From Candidatus Latescibacterota bacterium (GTDB lineage: Bacteria > Latescibacterota > UBA2968 > GCA-2709665), in assembly GCA_965222075.1 (NCBI GenBank), contig OZ244937.1, positions 2,144,001-2,208,000 on the forward strand: a DNA stretch of 64,000 bases, given 5' to 3'. Both the position numbers and the translations under genes were made by a program. Shown here piece by piece: positions 30,112 through 40,652 of this stretch. Every line of letters begins with the position of its first letter. Positions within the stretch are counted from its first letter, which is position 1. The notes under the pieces are model-generated. The model worked only from the letters and a program-made list of their open reading frames with translations, searched no databases and was not told the origin of the DNA.

Positions 30112-31401
30112 TTAACCCACCCCCACCTGCTCCCCCACCTGCTCTGCTGCGAACAGCGCCTGCTTGAGCACCGTCTCGTAGAGCGCCTCCCGCTCGCTGC
30201 TGGGCATTCGTTCGCCCTGATCGTCCCGGTAGTCGATCACGTGTGAATAGACCGGCGGCATTGGCGCCTCCTGCGACGTGTAAAATGCGCACAACCCGCG
30301 GAAATCTTCCATCGCCTCGGCCTGCACGTGCCCAAAGCCGAACTTCGGATCCTGCGTCTGATCCAGCCGGAGGTGCGCGTGGATGCCAAGCGCTTCCAGC
30401 CCCTCCACCAGCCCGGGCGCCTCGTGCAAATCGCCCAGGTGCTCGGTCACAAAGCCCTTCCAGCCTGCCTTCCGCCCCAGCACCTGCACCAGGGTCCCCG
30501 CGCCGTCCGCATAGTGCAAAATAAAGTCTTCCAGGTGTGGATTCTCGGACGGATGCTCCAGCCTGGGTGAATTCCCCAGATTGATCCCGCAGACCCCGAT
30601 CCCGTTCTCCATGTACAGGCGTGCATCCTCAACCGGATCTGCAAAACACATCCGTGTGTGCCCGGCGTCCAGGCGGATCTGCACGTGCGTTCGCAGAACC
30701 TCCTCTGCCTCGCCGGGGTCCACTCCGGGTGCCTCTTGAAGCGCCTCCCTCCCCACCCCCATCAGGTAGTTTTCCCAGAAATCCACCACCTCGGTCGCAT
30801 ACATCAAACTCTGCCCCCGGGTCGGATCCAACCCCAGCACCAGCCTCTTTCCAAACGCCTCACTCAGCCGGTAAAGCTCCGCAGCCACCCGGGCGACATT
30901 CTTTGCAATAATCGGATTCAGCTCTGCCTCTCGCCCCTCGATCTCCCGCCGCATAATACCCGCCAGTTGCTGCACAAAAACGTAGGGCACCCGACCGTTG
31001 TGGAGGTACGGGAGCAGGTGCAGCCCCTTCCGCATCGCCTCGAATTTCCCCTCATGGGCCCAGGTGATTCCATTCCGGGCAATCAACGCCTCTCGTGAGG
31101 CCCCTCCCTTCATCGGGCTTGCGATCCCAACGGCAAGCAGTCTGCGCTCTGCCAGACGCTCTCCCAGCGCTTCCAGCGCCGGCGTCGGCTCGTAACCCTC
31201 CCCTTTTTCCACCAGCAGGCTGTCCACCACACCCGCAGTCAGCCGCACCTCGCAGACCGGGTCCAGACCGGCCCGGGCGATCTCCCCCTCCATCCACGGG
31301 TACACATTGTCGATGATATCGAACAGGTCCTCTACCGTCTCTCGCCCCGAAAAAACCCGCACCGTCCCCACACCAAATGGAATGCCGTTCTGGGTTGCCA
31401 T
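30112..31401 (-). CDS. Divergent EboE-like TIM-barrel protein
   Basis: G..L.LGLDP..G....EV..F...AE..LR.H....LD..H....F.DP pattern recalls EboE. Confidence 0.5.
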   Translation of the reverse strand: MATQNGIPFGVGTVRVFSGRETVEDLFDIIDNVYPWMEGEIARAGLDPVCEVRLTAGVVDSLLVEKGEGYEPTPALEALGERLAERRLLAVGIASPMKGGASREALIARNGITWAHEGKFEAMRKGLHLLPYLHNGRVPYVFVQQLAGIMRREIEGREAELNPIIAKNVARVAAELYRLSEAFGKRLVLGLDPTRGQSLMYATEVVDFWENYLMGVGREALQEAPGVDPGEAEEVLRTHVQIRLDAGHTRMCFADPVEDARLYMENGIGVCGINLGNSPRLEHPSENPHLEDFILHYADGAGTLVQVLGRKAGWKGFVTEHLGDLHEAPGLVEGLEALGIHAHLRLDQTQDPKFGFGHVQAEAMEDFRGLCAFYTSQEAPMPPVYSHVIDYRDDQGERMPSSEREALYETVLKQALFAAEQVGEQVGVG

Positions 31402-31464
31402 ATCTGTGACCTCCTGCTGGAAGTGGAATTCTCACCCATCTTTTCTTGACTCATCTAAGCGTCT

Positions 31465-32301
31465 TCAAACCCCTTCAAACGCAGACCGAATCAACGCAAC
31501 ACTCTGCGGCACCCCCTCCAGCGCGTTCGCCTTCCCCTCAAACTCGATCGACACATACCCCGTATAATCGACATCCTTCAGGATCTCCGCAATCCGCACG
31601 TAGTCCAGATCGAGCGTATACCACTCCCCGCCGCCGAAATAGGTCTTGGCGTGCACCAGCACCGCATGCGGCGCCAGCATGGCCAGCTTGTCGTAGGGAA
31701 CCTCTAAGAAATTCCCCGTATCCAGCGTCATCTTCAGCCAGGGGGAATCCACCGCCTCCACAATCCGCAGCACGCCCTCCGGCGTATAGGTCAGCCCCCA
31801 GTGGTTCTCCAGCGCCAGCACCACCCCCCGCTCCTCCGCCAGCGGCAGACACGCCCGGGTGCATTCAACAACCCATTCAAACGCCTCATCCTCCGTATGC
31901 CCCGGCAGCGGCGGCTCCACGCCCTTGGCCGCCATCAGATCGTCGAAAGATCCGATCGTCTTCCACCGTCCCGAGTTGAACCGGACCGCCGGAATGCCCA
32001 GCCGGTAGGCCAGCTCGATGCACCCCTTTGTGTGGTCTACCTGCCGCGCCCGCTCCTCAGCGTCGGGAGAGACGAAATCCTGGTGAATTGAAATCGCATA
32101 CAGATCCAGCCCCTGAATCAGCGCCTCCCGCTTCAACCCCATAACATATCCGGCCTCCTCCGAGGCCATCTGCACGTGCAGAATCTCCACCCCGTCCAGC
32201 CCCATCCGGCGGGCGTGACGCAGCACCGCCTCAATCGGAACCTTCTCCCCCCGGAAATGCCAGAAAGAGTAGGAAGACACGCCAAGACGCAATTTGAACA
32301 T
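31465..32301 (-). CDS. Sugar phosphate isomerase/epimerase (AP endonuclease 2 TIM barrel)
   Basis: LALENHWG, LDTGNF, HAK and SIEFEG motifs. Confidence 0.85.
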   Translation of the reverse strand: MFKLRLGVSSYSFWHFRGEKVPIEAVLRHARRMGLDGVEILHVQMASEEAGYVMGLKREALIQGLDLYAISIHQDFVSPDAEERARQVDHTKGCIELAYRLGIPAVRFNSGRWKTIGSFDDLMAAKGVEPPLPGHTEDEAFEWVVECTRACLPLAEERGVVLALENHWGLTYTPEGVLRIVEAVDSPWLKMTLDTGNFLEVPYDKLAMLAPHAVLVHAKTYFGGGEWYTLDLDYVRIAEILKDVDYTGYVSIEFEGKANALEGVPQSVALIRSAFEGV

Positions 32302-32314
32302 TCCACACTCCCGG

Positions 32315-33664
32315 TTAGCGTTCGATCCCGTTCAACCGGCAGACCACATCGAACAGCGCCTGCACGGCGAACCGGACGTTGTCCACAGACACGCGCTCGT
32401 CGTGTGCGTGGCACAGGTCGAAAAAATCCATCCCCGGTTCATACCGCATCGGGATAAACCCGTAGACCTGGATATCCAGCCCCGTTAGAAACCGGGCGTC
32501 CGTCCCGCCCGTTACCATATAGGGCACCACGGCCCCCTCCGGGTCCAACCGCGCCATCGACGCCTGGACCGCCTCGAATAGCGGCGTCTCGTGCTCGAAT
32601 TCCACCCCCGGCGCAAATGCCTTCTCCATCTCGTAATCGATACCCTCGCCCACAATCTCCTGAACCTCCCGCACAAATGCCGCCTCATCCACGCCCGGCA
32701 GCGGTCGTCCGCTGAGCATGGCCGTTGCCTCCGACGGAATCACGTTTCGCTTCACCCCCGCCTCCAGCATCGTAGGGGCGCAGGTATTGTGCACCATCGC
32801 ATCGAACATCAGCCGGGTCGCCTCATTGACCGGCAGCCGGTTCAAGGCCTCCGTATGTCCCTCCGGATGCAGCACTGCCCGAAGCAGATCCGCCACCTCC
32901 GGCCGCTCCTGTGCTGCCGCCGCACCCTCAAAAAAGGCCCGCGCGCTGTCCGGCACCCGGTGGGGCATCTTCTGTTGTCTCAACGTATCCAGGGCCCGGG
33001 CCAAGTGAAAAATCGCATTGTCACCATGCGGCACCGAACTGTGCCCCGGCCGGCCTCGCGCAACCAGATTCATCGGCGCGCTTCCCTTCTCTGCCACCTG
33101 GCAGGTATAGACCGGACGCCCGTCGATCAGCAGGGCAAACCCGCCTCCCTCGTTGATCCCGTACTCCGCATCGAACACCTCCGGATGGTGCTCCACCAGC
33201 CACTGCACCCCGCACACCGCCCCCATCTCCTCGTCCGCCGCCGCCACCAGCACCAGGTCTCTCTTCAACGGAAGTCCCAGCCGCTTGCACAGCAGCAGCA
33301 CCTGCAAGTCCACTGCCGTCGTCAGCTTCGAATCGATCGCCCCTCGCCCCCACACGTGCTCCTGTGCCAACTCTCCTGCAAAGGGTGGATGCGTCCACTT
33401 CTCCGGCTCTGCCGGCACCACATCCAGGTGCGACAGCAGCAGCAGCGGCCGCTCCGACCCGTCACCCTCCAGCCGGACCACCAGATTCCCCCGCTCCGGC
33501 TCCGACGCCAGCGCCCGGGACGCGATCCCCTCCGCCGTCAACGCCTCGGCCACATGCCGGACCAGCGGCAGTTCGTTCCCCGGCGGATTGGTTGTATCGA
33601 ACCGAATCAGCGTCTGAAGCCACGCCACCGCCTCCTGCCCGGCCGCATTCCAATCGATGTTCAT
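32315..33664 (-). CDS. M20/M25/M40 family metallopeptidase
   Basis: HLDVV, GRGA.D.K, DEE, GHSS, TGGTD and H..DE motifs. Confidence 0.9.
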   Translation of the reverse strand: MNIDWNAAGQEAVAWLQTLIRFDTTNPPGNELPLVRHVAEALTAEGIASRALASEPERGNLVVRLEGDGSERPLLLLSHLDVVPAEPEKWTHPPFAGELAQEHVWGRGAIDSKLTTAVDLQVLLLCKRLGLPLKRDLVLVAAADEEMGAVCGVQWLVEHHPEVFDAEYGINEGGGFALLIDGRPVYTCQVAEKGSAPMNLVARGRPGHSSVPHGDNAIFHLARALDTLRQQKMPHRVPDSARAFFEGAAAAQERPEVADLLRAVLHPEGHTEALNRLPVNEATRLMFDAMVHNTCAPTMLEAGVKRNVIPSEATAMLSGRPLPGVDEAAFVREVQEIVGEGIDYEMEKAFAPGVEFEHETPLFEAVQASMARLDPEGAVVPYMVTGGTDARFLTGLDIQVYGFIPMRYEPGMDFFDLCHAHDERVSVDNVRFAVQALFDVVCRLNGIER

Positions 33665-33936
33665 ACCTAACCTCCCACCCCCCTTCCCGACGCGAGAAGG
33701 GGGAAGCAAGCAGAATCGACCCGCTCAACCGGGTCGCCGGCCCCGCTTCGTGTCCTTCGGGCGGGGTTTCGCATCTCAGACCAATATCAACGGTCCGTCC
33801 TCCCCTGTCAAGTCAAAATCACCCCACCGGTGAAAAAGTGCTTGACCTTAGAGCGGATGAAACCCCATGATAGGGACGGGCAGGACGGGCAGGACGGGCA
33901 TCAGCTTCTTACCGGAACAGACAGAGAAAAGCCAAA

Positions 33937-34719
33937 ATGAGAATCGACGTCCACATGCACGTGGCCGGAAACCTGGCCTCGGTCGGCTGGCGCGGCAGAT
34001 TTGAGGACGACCGGATCGTCATCGAAGCCGCGGACAGGCTGGAAATCGACCAGCTCTGCTGCTCTATCCCCATCCAGGGGGGCATCCACGCCACGCCTGA
34101 ACAGATCCGGGAGGTCAACAACAGCGTTCTCTACGCCATGGGGCGGTTTCCGGACCGCATCCTGGGCTACGCCTACCTCGACCCCGGCCACCAGAGAGAG
34201 GCCCTGGCCGAAATGGACCGGTGCATCCTGAAACACGGCATGATCGGCATCAAGCTTTACAACCAGTACAAATGCTGGGACCCGGTCGTCCTGCCCATCG
34301 TTGAACGGACCGTCGAACTCGGCGTCCCCATCCTCCACCACGGCGGGTACATCCCTCCCGAATATACCCGTCTGCCCCAGCCCAACCGGTCCCACGCCGG
34401 GGACTTTGCGCGCCTGGCCAACATCTTCCCCGAAGCGGTCATCATCGACGGCCACCCCATCTGCGGGGACTGGGCCTGGTCGCTCAAAACCCTGCGGGAC
34501 TCGCCAAATGTCTACATCGACACAAGCGGCTCCTTAAACGACGACGGCATGGTCGAAATGGCCGTTCGGGAGATCGGGGTAGACCGCATCCTCTTTGCCA
34601 CCGACCTCTCCATGGAGGCGGGGGTCGGCAGGGTGCTGGGGGCCGACCTCACCGACCAACAGCGCGAAAAGATCTTCTGGAAAAACATGGCAGGCATCTT
34701 AAAGCGGCGGAAGGCGTAG
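33937..34719 (+). CDS. Amidohydrolase_2 family metal-dependent hydrolase
   Basis: IDVHMH, GIKL, IL.H, DTSG and RILFATD motifs. Confidence 0.85.
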   Translation: MRIDVHMHVAGNLASVGWRGRFEDDRIVIEAADRLEIDQLCCSIPIQGGIHATPEQIREVNNSVLYAMGRFPDRILGYAYLDPGHQREALAEMDRCILKHGMIGIKLYNQYKCWDPVVLPIVERTVELGVPILHHGGYIPPEYTRLPQPNRSHAGDFARLANIFPEAVIIDGHPICGDWAWSLKTLRDSPNVYIDTSGSLNDDGMVEMAVREIGVDRILFATDLSMEAGVGRVLGADLTDQQREKIFWKNMAGILKRRKA

Positions 34720-34775
34720 CAAGGGGCAAAGTTGAGATCGTACTTCCTTTCACCTTCCACCTTCAAGGAGGTTCG

Positions 34776-35540
34776 ATGAAGGTCTTAGCATATACCACCA
34801 ACCCCTTCGGCGGGGTGCTTTCTACGCCTGATGGACTCCCGGAAGACCCGCAGGTGTTTCAGCAACAGCTCAATTACTCTGTAAAAACCTGGAAAACCGA
34901 AGGATTTCAGGTGGGATGGGTGGAAATCCCCATCGCCAGGTCGCAGTTAATCCCCATCGCCGTGGACGCGGGATTTGCCTTCCACCACAGCGGTAGGGAC
35001 TACCTGATGCTCACCCTCCGCCTGGTGGAAGGCGCCTTTATTCCTCCCTTTGCCACACATTACATCGGCGCCGGAGGCGCGGTGATAAACGATCGGAACG
35101 AACTCCTGGTCGTCTGTGAAAAACACCGGCGCTCCAAAACCCCCTACTACAAACTCCCGGGAGGGGCCCTGCGGCCGGGGGAGCACCTGGAAGACTGTAT
35201 CGTTCGGGAAATCCTGGAAGAAACAGGCGTCCGGACGCGTTTCGACGCCCTGGTCTGTTTCCGCCACTGGCACGGGTACCGGTATGACAAATCCGACATC
35301 TACTTTGTCTGTCGCCTGACCCCCTTGAGCCACGAACTCACCGTGCAGGAGGAGGAAATCGAGGAATGCCACTGGATGCCCGTACAGGACTACATGGATT
35401 CCGAATACGTCAGCATCTTTAACAAACAGATCGTGGAGGCCGCGCTGAACAGCGCCGGTGTGTCGCCCACCTTTATCGAAGGATATTCCGATCCTGAAAA
35501 ACACGAAATCTTCATGCCCCGTGACATAGATCACAAATAA
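34776..35540 (+). CDS. Nudix hydrolase with pre-Nudix domain (NUDT6-like)
   Basis: GF.FHH, KLPGG and the Nudix box G.....E....REILEETG. Confidence 0.88.
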   Translation: MKVLAYTTNPFGGVLSTPDGLPEDPQVFQQQLNYSVKTWKTEGFQVGWVEIPIARSQLIPIAVDAGFAFHHSGRDYLMLTLRLVEGAFIPPFATHYIGAGGAVINDRNELLVVCEKHRRSKTPYYKLPGGALRPGEHLEDCIVREILEETGVRTRFDALVCFRHWHGYRYDKSDIYFVCRLTPLSHELTVQEEEIEECHWMPVQDYMDSEYVSIFNKQIVEAALNSAGVSPTFIEGYSDPEKHEIFMPRDIDHK

Positions 35541-35588
35541 AGGCCCAATGCAGAGCATCGCCTTTCCACCTGCAAAGAGGTTCGACCC

Positions 35589-37628
35589 ATGGACATCCCG
35601 GATCATCTCTTCTACCCCACGGTCCTGGCCCGAAAAACCGACGACGACCCCGTCGTTCGCTCCCTCAACAGCTGCCTTCGCAACATTTGCGAGGGATACC
35701 TCACACCCGGGCATCAGGCCTACATCGACTACAACGAGCGGCAGGCCGACTGGTGGACACTCAGGCAGGGCGGCAGGCGTCTTTCCCTTGCCATCGAACA
35801 CCTCGCCGTTGGGGGTATTCTCTTAGACGACCGCTACACCAAAGCGGCCATCGACATCTTCGGGACCGTCGTCGAGTACCGCATCGTCGAAAACACCGGC
35901 GGCACCAACTACGGTCGCCCCTACCGCACCTGGCGGGACAACCCCTTAGACGCCGGCGTCAGTTCGGGCGGGCTTGCGCTTGGCCTCGACCTCCTCCGTC
36001 CGGTCCTCTCAGCAGAGGAGGTCTTGCAGTTCGGGACCTACCTCCTCCCCTTCGTCGACTATCTCCTCAACGATCCTCCCGACCCGGAAGGGAAGCAGCC
36101 CGAAAACAACATGGCCTGCATCGGGATGTACGGCCTGGGGCTCCTGTCCCTCGTCCTTCGATCCGCCGACATCCTGGATGAAGATCGGTATGCCCGGGCG
36201 CTGGACCTGGCCAGGTGGCGGGCGCTGCTCTTCCTGGAAAAGGGACACGATGGGGATGGCGCGTTTTACGAAGGCCCCGCCTACGGCAGCGCCACCCTCC
36301 ACTTTCTGGGTCCCCTGGCCTATGCGCTTGCCCGGTGTGGAGATCGAGACGTGGTGGAACACCCGGGCTGGGTACGCATTGTCGAGGGCCTCGCATACGA
36401 GATGATCCCCGCCACCGGCAGGCTCAACACATTGAATGACTGCAACGACCAGATCAACGTCTCCTGGGCCACCCTTGTTGCCTCCGAACAGCAGAACGGC
36501 CTGGCCCAGTGGGTCTGGCGACAGGTCGACAGCCCCCCCGATGACGGATCCGCCTGGGAGCCGTCCGACTATGCCTGGAGCGACACCGTCACCCGCTACC
36601 TCCTCTACTACGACGCCTCGGTCGTGCCCTTCTCGCCCAACCGGGCTGGCCTCCCCCCCGCCAGACACTTTCCCAACCGGGGCCTGGTGGACATCCGCTC
36701 CGGCTGGGACCGGAACGATTTTTTCCTCTCCTTCATCTGTGACGTCTCCCCTGCCGGCGGACATCGGCAGGCTGACCGCAACCACTTCTCCCTCCACACC
36801 CTCGGAGAATCGTTCGCCATCGATTCCGGCTACGCCCTGGACCGCCTGCCCGACACCACCGAAGTCCTCCGCCTGGGCGCTCTGGGTGAAGCCCACAACC
36901 TCCCCCTCATTCACGGTGAAATGCAGCGCCGTGGGCCGGTCTCGACCGACGGCATCCGTCGCGTCGCGCTCGACGCCCCCATCCCCTGCATCCAATCCGA
37001 AGCCGGCGAGAGCCACCGCTCGGCCGAGCGCTTCACCCGGCGCCTCGCCTGTCTCCCCTCGCCCGACGGGACGCCGTCCGCCCTGATCGTGGCTGACTAT
37101 CTCACCTTCGAGCCGATCCAGCGCCCCATGCTCTCCTGGCTCTTCCACACCCATGCGGACAACCAGATCGAACTCGGGCGGGACCGGTTCACCCTCACCG
37201 GCGGCCGGAAAGGCAACCGCTGCGACGTCCAGATCGTCACTCCCTGGCCTGGACGCTGGAGGAAAGAGACTTTTTTCGACCACCCCCGCCTCCGCTACGA
37301 CTGGTTTTACAACCCCTTCCTCTGTCTCGTCGTCCTGGCCCCCTACGACAGGGATGCAGCTCCCCCGGAAATCTCGACCGGAGGCACAGCAGATGGATGC
37401 GGCCTCTCCATCCGCATCGGCGACTGCCTCTACACGGCCTTAAGCGCGGCCCCGGAATGCACCCTTGTGTTCAACGGCATCGAAACCGACGCCGAATTTG
37501 CCCTCGTCTGCACGCGTGGAGACAAAATCGACACCTATCTCCTCACCGCCGGCACGCGGCTCTCGGCACAGGACCGGTCCCTCGTCGCGCAGTCCGCTCC
37601 GGTCGACTTCACAACCGACAGAAGCTGA
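35589..37628 (+). CDS. Heparinase II/III-like protein
   Basis: NN, DG..YEG..Y, RSGW, GH..AD.N.F and AHN motifs. Confidence 0.75.
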   Translation: MDIPDHLFYPTVLARKTDDDPVVRSLNSCLRNICEGYLTPGHQAYIDYNERQADWWTLRQGGRRLSLAIEHLAVGGILLDDRYTKAAIDIFGTVVEYRIVENTGGTNYGRPYRTWRDNPLDAGVSSGGLALGLDLLRPVLSAEEVLQFGTYLLPFVDYLLNDPPDPEGKQPENNMACIGMYGLGLLSLVLRSADILDEDRYARALDLARWRALLFLEKGHDGDGAFYEGPAYGSATLHFLGPLAYALARCGDRDVVEHPGWVRIVEGLAYEMIPATGRLNTLNDCNDQINVSWATLVASEQQNGLAQWVWRQVDSPPDDGSAWEPSDYAWSDTVTRYLLYYDASVVPFSPNRAGLPPARHFPNRGLVDIRSGWDRNDFFLSFICDVSPAGGHRQADRNHFSLHTLGESFAIDSGYALDRLPDTTEVLRLGALGEAHNLPLIHGEMQRRGPVSTDGIRRVALDAPIPCIQSEAGESHRSAERFTRRLACLPSPDGTPSALIVADYLTFEPIQRPMLSWLFHTHADNQIELGRDRFTLTGGRKGNRCDVQIVTPWPGRWRKETFFDHPRLRYDWFYNPFLCLVVLAPYDRDAAPPEISTGGTADGCGLSIRIGDCLYTALSAAPECTLVFNGIETDAEFALVCTRGDKIDTYLLTAGTRLSAQDRSLVAQSAPVDFTTDRS

Positions 37629-37645
37629 AAATCCGAGGTAAAGCC

Positions 37646-38326
37646 ATGAAACCATACCCACGCTGCCACCGCATCACAGGCGCCCTTTCCGCCCTTGTCA
37701 TCACCACCTTTTTGGGACTGGGGTTCGCGCAGACGTCTGCTTCTCAGGAAACGAAAAACCCCCTGAAGAACTATCCGAAGATACCCATAAAAGAGGGAGA
37801 CCGCTGTTTCGTCTGCAACACACCGCTCACTGAGAGCGGTGTGGCCTTTCTCTATCGCGGACGGCGCGTAGCAGTGGGGACTTTCCATGTACGAACATTT
37901 TTCAACAACCCGCTGAAATACTTTTCCAGACTCCAGCCGAGGGGCGCCCTGTTTCAGGAAGATATCGTCCCCCAATCGCCGCTCAAGCCCGGCTGGCTGG
38001 TCTTCGGGATCTGGATCACCCTGGGGCTGGTTGCAGCCGCCTTCTGCACGCATACAGCGCTCCGGAAGGGACGCTCCCCGGCAGCCTGGTTTTTTATTGG
38101 ACTGGCAACCAATCTGATCGGTGTCCTGGTTGCGCTCAGGCAATCCCCGCTGGCGCGGGTAGACCTGCCCCCGAACCTGGCCAAAATTCCCACAACGGTC
38201 TCACCGATGTCCTGCCCCGACTGTGGTGCGGGAAACCACCCGTCTGCCTGGAAGTGTTCGGGATGCGGCGCTCGGCTGCAGCCCACAATGGAGTCTGAGG
38301 TACAACGTACGGAACGCTCCTCCTAA
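37646..38326 (+). CDS. Membrane protein with CxxC (YHS/TRASH-like) N-domain and C-terminal zinc ribbon
   Basis: Signal/TM segment, C..C...F..NP.KY, two TM helices, CPDCG..N......CSGCG. Confidence 0.6.
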   Translation: MKPYPRCHRITGALSALVITTFLGLGFAQTSASQETKNPLKNYPKIPIKEGDRCFVCNTPLTESGVAFLYRGRRVAVGTFHVRTFFNNPLKYFSRLQPRGALFQEDIVPQSPLKPGWLVFGIWITLGLVAAAFCTHTALRKGRSPAAWFFIGLATNLIGVLVALRQSPLARVDLPPNLAKIPTTVSPMSCPDCGAGNHPSAWKCSGCGARLQPTMESEVQRTERSS

Positions 38327-38348
38327 ACTGTGAAAAGAGAACCTGAAA

Positions 38349-40631
38349 ATGTTAAAAAAAATCCAGACATGGTCAGAAGAAAACCTGTTCGCCGCGGCCA
38401 ACGGCCCGTCCCGCCGGCCGCAGGTGTCGGCGAACTTGGAAAGCAACATCTCCGGTCTCTTCATTGTGGGCGACCTGGCCGGCGCGCCGGTCATCAAGCT
38501 GGCGATGGAACAGGGCCATAACGTTATCGAACACATCGCATCCCTGCCTCGTCTCTCCGGGGCCGACGACGGTGTCCTCGATGTCATTGTGGTCGGCGCG
38601 GGCGCAGCGGGCCTGAACGCCGCCCTGGCCGCGGTGGACAAAGGCCTCTCCTGCATGGTACTCGAAAAGGAAAAAATCGCCAATACCATCGAGAATTTCC
38701 CCGAAGGCAAATGGGTCTACGCCGAACCGGACAGTGTGCCTCCCAAAGGCAAACTCTGGCTGGACGGCGCCAGAAAAGAGGACCTGATCGGAAGGTGGCG
38801 CCAGATCGTTGAGGAAAATGGCCTCGATGTACGCACAGAGCAACCTCTAACCCGGGTTACCAAAGAACACAACCTGTTCAAACTGACCACACCCGGAGGC
38901 AGCTACCGCTGCTGCCGGATCGTGCTCGCTACCGGGCAGCGGGGCAACCCCCGCAAGCTCAATGTACCCGGCGAAGACCAGGAACACGTCTACCACCGCC
39001 TCTACAGCCCCCGGGAATACCACGACGAAGAGATCCTGGTCGTGGGCGGGGGCAACAGCGCCGTGGAGGCCGCCCTGACGCTCAGCGAGCAGAACCGGGT
39101 GACGATTTCCTACCGGCGTGGGGAATTCTCAAGGCTTTTCAAAGACAACAGCCGTGCGCTCGACGCAGCGATTGCCGGGGGCAAAATCCGCCTGCTCCTC
39201 AACTCCAACATCACGCATTTTGATGAACGGTCGGCAGCCCTCACCGTCGACAGGGGAGGCCGTGAGGAAGCGTTGAACATCCCTGTCCATCACGCGTTTG
39301 TCCTCATCGGGTCGGAGATCCCGGTCGAATTTCTCAAGTCCCTCGGCATCAAACTGGAAAACGAATGGGAAGGATCGCTGCTGCGCAGCGCGGCCCTCGG
39401 TCTGGCTGCCCTGGTCGGCCTCTGGTTCGCCGGTGGAGACACGGGCCTCGTCTCCCACTCCAGCCTGTCCACATCTGCCTGGGCCGGCGCATGCCTGGCG
39501 CTGGCTTGTGTCGCTGCGCTTATTCTCTACGGGCGCTCCGGAGATCGGTGGGCCTGGTTGGGCCTTTCCTTCCTGATCTGGTATACGATATACGGCGCCA
39601 AGGTGGGCAAAGGAGAAGAGTTCTGGCCCTTCAAAAACTGGGGCTACGCCGCCCTCTCCTTTTTTGACCGCCCCTGGAGCTTCTGGTACACCGTGATGTA
39701 CACCGGCCTGATGACCGTCTTCGGCATCCAGGCCCTGAAGCGGTGGGGCCTGGACCGGAAGGACCGGTTCCAGGTCTGGCGCTTCGTCAGCCTGCTCGGC
39801 TTTCAGTGGGTCTTCTTTTTCGTGATTCCGGAATTCCTCTTTCAGTGGGCGATAAAATACCAGTGGCTCGCCGACCTCTCCAAAGATCCCGTTTTCGCCG
39901 AACAGACCTGGCGCAGCTACGGCATCGTCTACGCCTGGCCCCTCTTCTTCTACACTTTCTTCTACAACCCCCACCACATCTGGGTCGTCTGGGGCGTGCT
40001 GCTCACCTTCGTCGTCATCCCTATCTTCGTCCTCTTCAACGGCAAACGCTACTGCTCCTGGATCTGCGGCTGCGGTGGGCTTGCCGAGACCTTCGGCGAC
40101 CGGTGGCGACACCTCGCGCCCAAAGGCAAGACTGCGATCAAATGGGAAAAAATGAACCTGGTCGTTCTCGTCCTGGCAACAGCCGTTACCGCCCTGATGC
40201 TGGTTAAAGATACCTGGGGCCTATTCAGAGAGGAGGCCGACCTGTCCATCGGCCTCTACCGCCTTTCCGTGGATGTCTGGCTCATCGGCATCCTGCCCGT
40301 AACCCTCTACCCCTTCCTGGGTGGGAAGATCTGGTGCCGCTACTGGTGCCCCCTGGCCAAGCTGATGGACCTGATGTCCCGGCTCTACATCAAGCTGAAC
40401 ATCAGCCGCTACCACATTGCGTCCAACGACAAATGCATCGCCTGCAACGAGTGCTCGCGCAACTGCTTGGTCGGCATCGACGTCATGTCCTTTGCCATGA
40501 AACAGGAAACGCTGGACAACGGCAACAGCTCGTGCATCGGATGCGGCATCTGCGTCACCGTCTGCCCGATGGATGTCCTCTCCTTCACCCCCAGGCCGCA
40601 GCAGCAACTGATTCCCATAGAACCCGCATAA
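38349..40631 (+). CDS. Thioredoxin-reductase/YpdA-like flavoprotein fused to a NapH/FixG-like membrane polyferredoxin
   Basis: GAGAAG and GGGNSA dinucleotide folds; multiple TM helices; C.W.C.C, CRYWCP and two CxxCxxCxxxC motifs. Confidence 0.8.
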   Translation: MLKKIQTWSEENLFAAANGPSRRPQVSANLESNISGLFIVGDLAGAPVIKLAMEQGHNVIEHIASLPRLSGADDGVLDVIVVGAGAAGLNAALAAVDKGLSCMVLEKEKIANTIENFPEGKWVYAEPDSVPPKGKLWLDGARKEDLIGRWRQIVEENGLDVRTEQPLTRVTKEHNLFKLTTPGGSYRCCRIVLATGQRGNPRKLNVPGEDQEHVYHRLYSPREYHDEEILVVGGGNSAVEAALTLSEQNRVTISYRRGEFSRLFKDNSRALDAAIAGGKIRLLLNSNITHFDERSAALTVDRGGREEALNIPVHHAFVLIGSEIPVEFLKSLGIKLENEWEGSLLRSAALGLAALVGLWFAGGDTGLVSHSSLSTSAWAGACLALACVAALILYGRSGDRWAWLGLSFLIWYTIYGAKVGKGEEFWPFKNWGYAALSFFDRPWSFWYTVMYTGLMTVFGIQALKRWGLDRKDRFQVWRFVSLLGFQWVFFFVIPEFLFQWAIKYQWLADLSKDPVFAEQTWRSYGIVYAWPLFFYTFFYNPHHIWVVWGVLLTFVVIPIFVLFNGKRYCSWICGCGGLAETFGDRWRHLAPKGKTAIKWEKMNLVVLVLATAVTALMLVKDTWGLFREEADLSIGLYRLSVDVWLIGILPVTLYPFLGGKIWCRYWCPLAKLMDLMSRLYIKLNISRYHIASNDKCIACNECSRNCLVGIDVMSFAMKQETLDNGNSSCIGCGICVTVCPMDVLSFTPRPQQQLIPIEPA

Positions 40632-40652
40632 CGAACGAAAGGAGTTGCTACC

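Noticed and set aside
33874-33900. (GGACGGGCA)x3 tandem repeat
   Set aside because: Real but short and intergenic; no evidence for phase variation.
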